Positions 1 to 7,376 of a stretch of DNA of 64,000 nucleotides are shown here, piece after piece. The notes beneath the pieces are model-generated. The model was not told the DNA's origin. It saw nothing but the letters and a program-made list of their open reading frames with translations, and did no database searches. The translations under genes were made by a program, and so were the position numbers. Where the stretch lies: positions 41,102 to 105,101 of the forward strand of contig JBBDNA010000012.1 of assembly GCA_040877915.1 (NCBI GenBank), read 5' to 3'. The DNA comes from Dehalococcoidia bacterium (GTDB lineage: Bacteria; Chloroflexota; Dehalococcoidia; SM23-28-2; RBG-16-64-32). How positions within the stretch are numbered: the first letter of the stretch is position 1; each line of letters begins with the position of its first letter.

Positions 1-418
1 ACTCCCCGGGCTGGACCGTGTGGACGATGAAGGCGGGCTGCGGCTCCGGAGTGGGCTCGGGCGTGGCGTCCGGCGTGGGCTCAGGGGTCGGGGTGGCCTC
101 GGCCTCCTGACCCTCCGGCGTGGGGTTGACGAAGTACATCCCGGGCGAGGTGGCCAGCACGACCGGTGGCCGCAGGTATCCGGCCTCGTCGGTTTCGGCG
201 ACGGCCTCGGCCTGGGGATCGTCAGCGGGGAGGAGGGGCGAGGCGACGCGTCCCAGCGCGCCGGTTGCGGAGAAGATGACGGCCACAGCGGCGAGGAGGA
301 AGAAGACGCCGTGTAGATAGAGGCTTCGGTATTCGGTTAGCGGCCTGCCCGAGGGCCGCGGGTCCGACTCGCCGTGATCCCGGCTTGACAGCCGGTGCGG
401 GGCGTGCGGGTCCCGAAT
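1..418 (-). CDS. partial membrane-anchored protein with Pro/Thr/Glu linker and a possible LysM beginning (runs off the window)
   Basis: Absent from the ORF track because it has no stop in the window. The minus frame reads IRDPHAPHRLSSRDHGESDPRPSGRPLTEYRSLYLHGVFFLLAAVAVIFSATGALGRV...TPEPTPDATPEPTPEPQPAFIVHTVQPGE. It has one TM helix, a low-complexity linker, then HTVQPG (LysM-like). There is an in-frame TGA at 434-436 and AGGAGG at 426-431. No ATG/GTG/TTG precedes the TM helix. ATT at 416-418 lies 7 nt after the SD, so the start is uncertain. Confidence 0.4.
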   Translation of the reverse strand, partial: MRDPHAPHRLSSRDHGESDPRPSGRPLTEYRSLYLHGVFFLLAAVAVIFSATGALGRVASPLLPADDPQAEAVAETDEAGYLRPPVVLATSPGMYFVNPTPEGQEAEATPTPEPTPDATPEPTPEPQPAFIVHTVQPGE

Positions 419-508
419 AAGCTTACCTCCTGCTCAATCCTCCATTTGCCAAGACAGCGCCCCTTTCCTGGCGCCGTCCCAGAAGCTTGCTCGTAGCAAA
501 TCGGACGA

Positions 509-538
509 ATTATACCCCATTTGTCAAGTTCATCACAA
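509..538 (-). promoter_or_regulatory. sigma70-like promoter for the partial gene at 1-418
   Basis: The minus strand reads TTGTGA (538-533), an 18-nt spacer, then TATAAT (514-509), in an AT-rich patch between the rho stop and the AGGAGG at 426-431. Confidence 0.4.
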
Positions 539-614
539 ATTGACGCATTATACGGGGCAGCGTGACGCCATCGTGGGTGAATACGGAGCGGGATGGGCCA
601 GATCGTATCTGGCG

Positions 615-1880
615 CTAGACGGCGTCTTTGATCGTGGCCAGGAACTCTTCGTTGTTAGCCGTACGGGTCAGCCGGTTGAGGATAGCCTCGGTGGCCTCCG
701 TCGGGTTCTGCGAGTTCTGGGAGACCATGGCCGTCATGCGCCGCAGCAGCAGCACCTTCTGGTAGGTCTGCTCGTCCAGCAGCAGGTCATCGCGACGAGT
801 GCTGGAGCGCTGGATGTCGATCGCCGGGAAGGTGCGCTTCTCGGCCAGGCGGCGGTCCAGGAACAGCTCCCAGTTGCCGGTGCCCTTGAACTCTTCGAAG
901 ATCACCTCGTCCATGCGGCTGCCGGTGTCGATCAGGCAGGTCGCGATCATGGTGAGGCTCCCGCCCTCCTCCATGCAGCGGGCGGCGCCGAACAAGCGCT
1001 TGGAGGGGTGCAGGGCTACCGGGTCGATGCCGCCGGACAGGGTGCGACCGCTGGGCGGCAAGGCCAGGTTGTAGGCGCGGGTCAGCCGCGTGATGCCGTC
1101 CAGCAGGACGATGATGTGGCGTCCGCACTCGACGAGGCGGCGGGCACGGTCGATAGCCATCTCCGCGACGCGGGTCTGCTCCTCCACGGGGTCGTCGAAG
1201 GTCGCGGCCAGGACCTCGGCCTGCTCCACGGAGCGGCGCCAGTCGGTGACCTCTTCCGGACGCTCGCCGATGAGCAGCACGATGATGTGGATGTCCTCGT
1301 AGTGCTCGGCGACGGCGTTGGCGATGGCCTTGAGGAGAACGGTCTTGCCGGCCTTGGGCGGAGAGACGATGAGCCCTCGCTGGCCCCGCCCGATTGGGGC
1401 GATCAGGTCGATGATCCGCGTGGACAGGTTGCTGGAGCCGGCCTCCAGGTCGATGAGCTCGTTGGGGAATATCGGCGTCAGCTGTTCGAAGTAAGGGCGC
1501 CTCTTCGCGGCCTCCGGGTCCAGCCCGTTGATCGCGTCGACGCGGAGGAGGCCGTAGTACTTCTCGGAGTCCTTGGGCGGGCGCACGGTGCCCATGACGT
1601 AGTCGCCGGTGCGCAGGGCGAAGCGCCGGATCTGGGTCTGCGATACGTAGACGTCGCTGAGGCTGGGGCGCAGGCCGTTGGAGCGGAGGAAACCGTAGCC
1701 GTCTGAGGCCATCTCCAGGATGCCGCCGGCGAAGTAGTTGCCCTCCGCCTCCGCCCTGGCCTGCAGTATCTTGAACACCAGGTCAGCCTTGCGCAGGGAG
1801 GTGGCGCCGCCGACGTTCATCTCTTTGGCGACCTCTACGAGGTCGTCTCTTGTCTTGGTTTCGAGTTCTATAAGGTTCAA
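615..1880 (-). CDS. rho: transcription termination factor Rho
   Basis: [23 protein letters not shown] matches the canonical Rho N terminus. Also present: RFALRTGD (RNA-binding), Walker A PPKAGKT, and [12 protein letters not shown] near the C terminus. I chose TTG at 1878-1880, preceded by GGAG with a 6-nt spacer. The ORF stays open to a GTG at 1982 that has no SD (track ORF 615-1982). Confidence 0.95.
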   Translation of the reverse strand: MNLIELETKTRDDLVEVAKEMNVGGATSLRKADLVFKILQARAEAEGNYFAGGILEMASDGYGFLRSNGLRPSLSDVYVSQTQIRRFALRTGDYVMGTVRPPKDSEKYYGLLRVDAINGLDPEAAKRRPYFEQLTPIFPNELIDLEAGSSNLSTRIIDLIAPIGRGQRGLIVSPPKAGKTVLLKAIANAVAEHYEDIHIIVLLIGERPEEVTDWRRSVEQAEVLAATFDDPVEEQTRVAEMAIDRARRLVECGRHIIVLLDGITRLTRAYNLALPPSGRTLSGGIDPVALHPSKRLFGAARCMEEGGSLTMIATCLIDTGSRMDEVIFEEFKGTGNWELFLDRRLAEKRTFPAIDIQRSSTRRDDLLLDEQTYQKVLLLRRMTAMVSQNSQNPTEATEAILNRLTRTANNEEFLATIKDAV

Positions 1881-2112
1881 CGATGACTCCGGGGATGATC
1901 GTAGGGTCTGGCCGTCTTCGACCAGTTCGGTGGGTTGAGAGTTGCCGGCGTCTTGGCCGGGCAGCGTGCGTCTACGTGCCACGATTCAAATGTGGGGAAG
2001 TAGGAACAACATACATCATTAGGTTCAAGACGCGCAAGGGGCATCCGGCGTTAACGGGCCGGACACGGCTTTCTTGCGTCCGAGCGATTTCGGGGTTCAT
2101 CTGGGTTCCTTA

Positions 2113-2586
2113 CTACGGCCTGAACACTGCCAGGCAAGCCATAACCGGCAAGAGCAACGTCGCGATGCCGCTAAATACGATCGGGACGTTGTCTGCGAGC
2201 GCCTCTTCCAGCTCCGGTGTCACCTCTCCGGTCTTCTCGGCACGGAGGGCAGCTATCCGCGCTCTTCGCAGTCCCAGCCCTATCAGGGGCAGGCACACCA
2301 GCAGGCTGACGATGTACAGGGCTTCCAGCGCGATGAGCCAGCCGGTGGTAATTAGATTGTAGTCCATCTGCGTCCACATGAAAACCCCGCTGATACCGGC
2401 GGCGATGACCCCGGGCACCAGCAGCAAGCCCTGGTAGTGCGAAGCCTCGTCGAAGGCGGCGACCCGCAGCCTCAGCTCTTCCAGGCGCCAGCCTCGGATC
2501 AGGGGAAACTGCACTGCCGCCAGCCCCATGACGTACCAGAACACGGCGACGATGTGCAGCCAGGTCAGCGTGTCGTCGACGATCAC
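2113..2586 (-). CDS. 4-TM integral membrane protein (DUF2269/CopD-like by recall)
   Basis: This is the C-terminal 157 codons of track ORF 2113-3426. GTG at 2584-2586 overlaps the pyrG stop (GTGA). The product VIVDDTLTWLHIVAVFWYVMG... has four hydrophobic helices. The upstream part of the track ORF overlaps pyrG out of frame and is Arg/Pro/Gly-rich junk. Confidence 0.6.
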   Translation of the reverse strand: MIVDDTLTWLHIVAVFWYVMGLAAVQFPLIRGWRLEELRLRVAAFDEASHYQGLLLVPGVIAAGISGVFMWTQMDYNLITTGWLIALEALYIVSLLVCLPLIGLGLRRARIAALRAEKTGEVTPELEEALADNVPIVFSGIATLLLPVMACLAVFRP

Positions 2587-4265
2587 GCACGAGCGGTGGA
2601 GGAGCGCTTTTCGCGCCCGGCGACGGCGGCGGGGTGGGCGCCGCGGCCGCGCGGCCGCGGCGGTCGAGCGCGCGCCAGCGCCGCGCTCACAAAGCCGTCG
2701 AACAGCGGGTGCGGGCGGTTGGGACGGGAGCGCAGCTCGGGGTGGAACTGAGTGCCCACCATCCAGGGGTGGTCGCGCAGCTCGCAGATCTCGACCAGGG
2801 AGCCATCGGGCAAGGTGCCGCTGGCGACGAGACCGGCCTGCTCCAGCGGCGCCTTGAACTCGTTGTTGAACTCGTAGCGGTGGCGGTGGCGCTCCACTAC
2901 CTCGTCGACGCCGTAGGCGGCGTGCGCCTTCGTGCCGGGCACCAGGCGGCAGGGGTAGCCGCCCAGCCGCATCGTGCCGCCCTTCTCCTGCACGCCCTCC
3001 TGCTCCGATAGCAGGCTGATCACGGGGTAGGCGCTCTCCGGGTGGAACTCCGTGGAGTTGGGCTCGTCGCTGTCGAACACCTTGCGGGCGAGCTCGACGA
3101 CCATGACGTGCAGGCCGAGGCAGAGCCCGAGGTAGGGAACGTTCTTCTCGCGGGCGTACTTCGCGGCCTGGATCTTGCCTTCGAACCCGCGCTCGCCGAA
3201 GCCGCCGGGGATTACGATGCCGTCGGCGCCGGCCAGGATTTCGGACACGTCCGGGCGGTCCGTGTCCTGAGAGTGGATCCAGCGGATGTTGATGCCGGCG
3301 TTGTGCTTGACGCCGGCGTGGATCAGCGCTTCCTTCACCGAGAGATAGGCGTCCGGCAGCTCCACGTACTTGCCGACCACCGCCACCTCCAGCTGCCGCT
3401 GCGGGCTCTTCAAGCGCTCCACCCACTCCCGCCAGTCGTCCAGGTCGCCGGCGCCGGCGGGAAGGTTGAGCTTGTCGACCACGAAATCGCCGAGGCCGGC
3501 CTCTTCCAGGACAAGCGGCACCTCGTATATCGAAGGCATCGTCAGCAGCGGTATGACGGCGTGGGGCGGGACGTCGCAGAACAGCGATATCTTCTCGGCC
3601 AGGTCCGGCGACATCGGCCTATCGCTGCGGCAGACGATAACGTCCGGCTGGATGCCGAACGATCGCAGCTCGCGGACGCTGTGCTGCGTGGGCTTCGTCT
3701 TCAGCTCGCCTGTAGTGCCGATGTAGGGCAGGAGCGTAACGTGGATGGACAGCGTGTTGCTGGGGCTCTCCTCGTTGCGCATCTGGCGGATCGCCTCCAG
3801 GTGCGGCTGGCTCTCGATGTCGCCGACGGTGCCGCCGACCTCGACGATGACGACCTGCGCCCCGGTGTTCTGGCCGATGCCGCGAATGCGCTCCTTGATC
3901 TCGTTGGTGACGTGGGGGATGGGCTGGATCGTGCGGCCCAGGTAATCGCCGCGGCGCTCCTTGCCGATCACCGCCTGGTATATCTGGCCGGTGGTCACGG
4001 AGGAGCCGCTGGTCAGGTCCTGGTCCAGGAAGCGCTCGTAGTGGCCGAGGTCCAGGTCGGTCTCGGCGCCGTCATTAGTGACGAACACCTCGCCGTGCTG
4101 GTAGGGAGACATCGTGCCCGGATCCACGTTGAGGTAGGGATCGAGCTTCTGGATGACGACGGGGACGTTGCGGGACTTGAGGATTCGGCCGATGGCGGCG
4201 GTGGTGATGCCCTTGCCTACTGAGCTTACGACACCGCCGGTCACGAATATGTATTTGGTTGCCAT
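2583..4265 (-). CDS. pyrG: CTP synthase
   Basis: N terminus MATKYIFVTGGVVSSVGKGI, glutaminase Cys in GLCLGLH, HRHRYEFN near the C terminus. GGAGG lies upstream of the ATG. The Arg/Pro-rich C-terminal tail is about 25 aa longer than I expect. Confidence 0.97.
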   Translation of the reverse strand: MATKYIFVTGGVVSSVGKGITTAAIGRILKSRNVPVVIQKLDPYLNVDPGTMSPYQHGEVFVTNDGAETDLDLGHYERFLDQDLTSGSSVTTGQIYQAVIGKERRGDYLGRTIQPIPHVTNEIKERIRGIGQNTGAQVVIVEVGGTVGDIESQPHLEAIRQMRNEESPSNTLSIHVTLLPYIGTTGELKTKPTQHSVRELRSFGIQPDVIVCRSDRPMSPDLAEKISLFCDVPPHAVIPLLTMPSIYEVPLVLEEAGLGDFVVDKLNLPAGAGDLDDWREWVERLKSPQRQLEVAVVGKYVELPDAYLSVKEALIHAGVKHNAGINIRWIHSQDTDRPDVSEILAGADGIVIPGGFGERGFEGKIQAAKYAREKNVPYLGLCLGLHVMVVELARKVFDSDEPNSTEFHPESAYPVISLLSEQEGVQEKGGTMRLGGYPCRLVPGTKAHAAYGVDEVVERHRHRYEFNNEFKAPLEQAGLVASGTLPDGSLVEICELRDHPWMVGTQFHPELRSRPNRPHPLFDGFVSAALARARPPRPRGRGAHPAAVAGREKRSSTARA

Positions 4266-4302
4266 TTACCCCCTTTGGGGGGGCCTCCTCAGCCCGATGA
4301 TA

Positions 4303-4333
4303 ATAATACAGGATTGCCCGCTCCTAGTGTCAA
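4303..4333 (-). promoter_or_regulatory. candidate pyrG promoter
   Basis: The minus strand reads TTGACA (4333-4328), then TGTATT at a 17-nt spacing or TATTAT at a 19-nt spacing, 40-60 nt upstream of the pyrG SD. Confidence 0.35.
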
Positions 4334-4408
4334 TACGACACGAACCGTTAACGGCGAAAAAGCGAAAATCGTTTAGCGGTTCTCGTGTGGAAAACCGGCG
4401 GGGCGTGC

Positions 4409-4437
4409 TTGACACCTCATAGGACGCAACGTACTCT
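4409..4437 (+). promoter_or_regulatory. sigma70-like promoter, near-leaderless, for the 4447 gene
   Basis: TTGACA (4409-4414), a 17-nt spacer, TACTCT (4432-4437). The ATG follows only 9 nt after the -10 and there is no SD. Confidence 0.55.
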
Positions 4438-4446
4438 CAGCCTGAA

Positions 4447-4998
4447 ATGAGCCGCAACTCATACGATCTCGCTGCCGCAGTTCTGTCGTGCCTCGCCGCA
4501 TCGCTCCTGGTTGGAGCGTGTGCTGGCCAGAGCCCAGGCGCTTCGACCCCCACCGGCGCACCTAACCGAGCGAGGGTCAGCGACGAGAGCGACGGCCTCC
4601 GGTTGGTTCTGCAACTGCCAGCTCGCGTCAGCGCGGGCGAACCGGCTTCGGCCACAGTCGAGCTCATCAATGAAAGAGACAAACCAGCACGTGTAACAGG
4701 AACTTCCTGCACCCCCGAGTTCGGGTTCTGGATCACGGACAATCAACAGGAAGAGGCGGTATTCAGCTGGGTTGAGTATTGGGCGGAGACTGTACTCGGT
4801 CCTGGTGAACACTTCTGTTCTGACGAAGCGCATTTCATTGACCCTGGCCAGTCGATCGCGAACAACATCACCTTTGTATTGCCGAATGCTGGCGGCTTCG
4901 ATGTCTTCGCGACCATCGAACTGACTGAAGGCGCCAGCTTGACTCTGGGCACGCCCATCCCACTGGAAGTACGCTCCACGCTTAACGCACGCGAGTAA
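4447..4998 (+). CDS. hypothetical lipoprotein
   Basis: Signal peptide with a lipobox-like LLVGAC, then a beta-rich domain. LRLVLQLPARVSAGEPASATVELINERDKPARV recalls Ig-like/BsuPI-type folds (unverified). GC is lower than the flanks. Confidence 0.6.
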   Translation: MSRNSYDLAAAVLSCLAASLLVGACAGQSPGASTPTGAPNRARVSDESDGLRLVLQLPARVSAGEPASATVELINERDKPARVTGTSCTPEFGFWITDNQQEEAVFSWVEYWAETVLGPGEHFCSDEAHFIDPGQSIANNITFVLPNAGGFDVFATIELTEGASLTLGTPIPLEVRSTLNARE

Positions 4999-5074
4999 AC
5001 CACGAGCCGCCAACTCCTTGGCCTCTAGGCCTTGGTCTGCTTTCGCGAGAATTAGGCGCTGGCCAAATAAAGGG

Positions 5075-5103
5075 TTGACAAGCGGTCACCCTCGGACTAT
5101 TCT
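5075..5103 (+). promoter_or_regulatory. sigma70-like promoter for the 5146-5984 gene pair
   Basis: TTGACA (5075-5080), a 17-nt spacer, TATTCT (5098-5103). Confidence 0.55.
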
Positions 5104-5145
5104 CTACCCGCTGCAAGCGAAGGACACCGTTCCTTCGGGGGTCCA

Positions 5146-5460
5146 ATGCCAGATATCGGTTCTCTCACAACTTTCTCGGGCCTCATGGCCTTCTTCGGAA
5201 CGCTATGTCTCCTGTCCCGGCAGTTTACTGGAGCCGGACTTCTCCTTCTTATCTCTGGCGCCGCCGGCACCGGCATATTCTGGGACCGCTGGTCCGAGCG
5301 TGCGGGCGATCAAGTCCACGTGACGGCGCTTTTCGCCGGTCATCCGCCGTCGCCTGACGAGACGGCGATGCTGGCTACTCACCTGCCCTTGCTAATTCTC
5401 GGCGGCTCGCTGGTGGTGGCCGTCGCCTGGCGGAACTACAGGCAAGGTGCGACGAAATGA
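5146..5460 (+). CDS. small membrane protein (about 3 TM), hypothetical
   Basis: 104 aa with hydrophobic segments LMAFFGTLCLL, LLLLISGAAGTGIF and LPLLILGGSLVVAVAW. Its stop overlaps the next start (ATGA at 5457-5460). Confidence 0.5.
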   Translation: MPDIGSLTTFSGLMAFFGTLCLLSRQFTGAGLLLLISGAAGTGIFWDRWSERAGDQVHVTALFAGHPPSPDETAMLATHLPLLILGGSLVVAVAWRNYRQGATK

Positions 5461-5984
5461 GGTCACGTGCTGGCAAGACGATGCGGGCCGTCGTCTCCCT
5501 TGCGGTGGCTTCGACCGTGGCCTTCCTCGTCGGGACGCCGGGCACAGGCGGCGGAGGGGGTGACATACCCCACATCGCGTTTTCAGGAACGAGGGCGATG
5601 CAGACCTTTGCGAACGAGGTCGACTTCTTTGCCTATCAGAACGTCGAGTACATTGGCCAGACAACCACTGGTATCTACATCGACAGGACCCGAATGCACC
5701 TGAATGTCTACTGGCAGGATCCCGGCAGTCTCGTATGTACGGGGAACCCCGTGGATCCCCCACGCCCATCGGATGGTGCAAACTGGGGTTATCGTGATTT
5801 AAGCAACAATCCCGTAACGAAGTACAACTCGCCACGGTTCGTGTCGGTGTACTGGCAGTCGCACTTCGACAAGACCGAGGGACAAACTACGGTGGCTGGT
5901 ACTCCCGCCACGCGGCCGCCGATGCGCTCGAATACAATGGGTTTGGCCTCGGGCCAACCTGCCTTCCAACGTTCGGTGGGCTGA
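5457..5984 (+). CDS. secreted hypothetical protein
   Basis: Signal-like N terminus MRAVVSLAVASTVAFLVG followed by a Gly run. I recognise no motif. Translationally coupled to 5146-5460. Confidence 0.5.
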   Translation: MRSRAGKTMRAVVSLAVASTVAFLVGTPGTGGGGGDIPHIAFSGTRAMQTFANEVDFFAYQNVEYIGQTTTGIYIDRTRMHLNVYWQDPGSLVCTGNPVDPPRPSDGANWGYRDLSNNPVTKYNSPRFVSVYWQSHFDKTEGQTTVAGTPATRPPMRSNTMGLASGQPAFQRSVG

Positions 5985-6103
5985 ACCCGTTTGTGCCGCG
6001 GATAGGTTCGCTTGCCTCCCTCGGTCTGACCGGCGAGCTAGCTTGGTCTCATGATTTCTGCGTACGTGCCGAACTGCCGTTCGGCTGTCACTAAGGCGGA
6101 CCC

Positions 6104-7363
6104 GTGAGCAGGTCACGAAAGGCGTTGATAGCAGTATTGGGAATAGTCGCAGCCTTTGCGCTCGCCGCATTCACTCAGGCGGCGATGGGCGGTGGCTTGG
6201 TCTCGAGGGTTATTTGGCCCGATGACGAACAGAGCCCCGCTCATACGGTTTCCGTGGATCAGACGGTGACCTCCGGCCCGCTTACAATTAGACTGACCGA
6301 GGTGGATCTCTCGGCGACCCGTACACGTGCGTCCCTGGAGATCTCGAACGCTAACCTTCCCGATGCCAAGCAGCGCTCGGTCATGTTGCACCAACATCTC
6401 ATAAGGGTCGATGGGGTCGAGAGCAGGGGGGATGATCTGGTCATCTCTTATCGCATGGCAGACGCCGACACGGTGCTGTATACACTCGAATTCGGGCCGG
6501 CGTCCAGTCCCAACACGCCCATCACGATCACGATCGATAAGATATGGGCTCTTGAGAGCGAGTCGTCGGGATCGTATGTTGATGGCCCATGGGTCTTCCA
6601 ACTGACGCCCGGCGGCGCTGCCGTGGATCCGCTGGCTCGAGTCATCGAGGTTGATCGCTCGAAGTCCGCTGACCAGAAGACAATATTCTTCGATCAAGTT
6701 CGTACGTCGTCCGACGAAGTAATCGTTGCTTATAACTTCTCTTCGCCCGAGAACCTGTTGGGGCCAGCCAGCGCCCCTGCTCTAATGGTTTTCCCCGACG
6801 GTTCGTTTGCGCCTGGGCTGCCGCTAAACCGCGCTCCTGATGACACCGGCAGTCTGCTCCTATCGTTTCCACCCCTCCCCAACGGGGCCACGACATTCGA
6901 GATCCGCTTCGGGCCCTACCTCACGGACACGCCTGGCTCTTACACATTTGAAATCGATCTACCGCCCACGGTCAGGTCGGCGGATCCTTCTGAAGAGGCC
7001 ACGTTGATCGTTGGCCAACAGTTCGAGATCCGGAACGAAAGTGTGGAGGTAAGCGACATTCGCATTGAACCGGATGGCTTCACGCTGCGATTCGCGCCCC
7101 CGTCAGGCACCTCAGTGGAATATGCCGGAATGTCCCAAGCTGACAACATCTACGCGGTAGACGACCTAGGGAACACGTACTTCCCGGAGATCGTCGAGGG
7201 TGGCTTCGGTAAGGACGACCAGGGCAACGTGTTTTTCAGGGAAGACGTAGTACGCTTCGCGCCGGCTCTCGATCCCCAGGCGGAGAGCCTGAAGGTGCGG
7301 GTGTCCAGTTTCGCGGCACTCGACTACGGGCCCTGGGACTTCCAGGTTTCAGTCGCGGAGTGA
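6104..7363 (+). CDS. membrane-anchored/secreted hypothetical protein
   Basis: GTG start. N-terminal anchor ALIAVLGIVAAFALAAF. Segments such as GPLTIRLTEVDLSATRTRASLEIS and VEVSDIRIEPDGFTLRFAP recall extracytoplasmic domains of anti-sigma-type proteins (DUF4179-like, unverified). No sigma factor gene is adjacent. Confidence 0.6.
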   Translation: MSRSRKALIAVLGIVAAFALAAFTQAAMGGGLVSRVIWPDDEQSPAHTVSVDQTVTSGPLTIRLTEVDLSATRTRASLEISNANLPDAKQRSVMLHQHLIRVDGVESRGDDLVISYRMADADTVLYTLEFGPASSPNTPITITIDKIWALESESSGSYVDGPWVFQLTPGGAAVDPLARVIEVDRSKSADQKTIFFDQVRTSSDEVIVAYNFSSPENLLGPASAPALMVFPDGSFAPGLPLNRAPDDTGSLLLSFPPLPNGATTFEIRFGPYLTDTPGSYTFEIDLPPTVRSADPSEEATLIVGQQFEIRNESVEVSDIRIEPDGFTLRFAPPSGTSVEYAGMSQADNIYAVDDLGNTYFPEIVEGGFGKDDQGNVFFREDVVRFAPALDPQAESLKVRVSSFAALDYGPWDFQVSVAE

Positions 7364-7376
7364 CCAGGGCACCCCT

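Noticed and set aside
540-1706. 388-aa plus-strand ORF opposite rho. Similar long antisense ORFs lie opposite acyl-CoA dehydrogenase (13615-15216), pnp (26002-27828), gyrB (43185-45074), sulfite reductase (61835-63304), obg (38969-40516) and others.
   Set aside because: They lie antisense to genes with unmistakable conserved motifs. They are Ala/Gly/Arg/Val-rich with no motifs or SD sequences. They are the stop-poor shadow frames expected in high-GC DNA.
2587-3426. N-terminal 280 codons of track ORF 2113-3426.
   Set aside because: They overlap pyrG out of frame and read as Arg/Pro/Gly junk. Only the last 157 codons, from the GTG at 2586, look like a real membrane protein.
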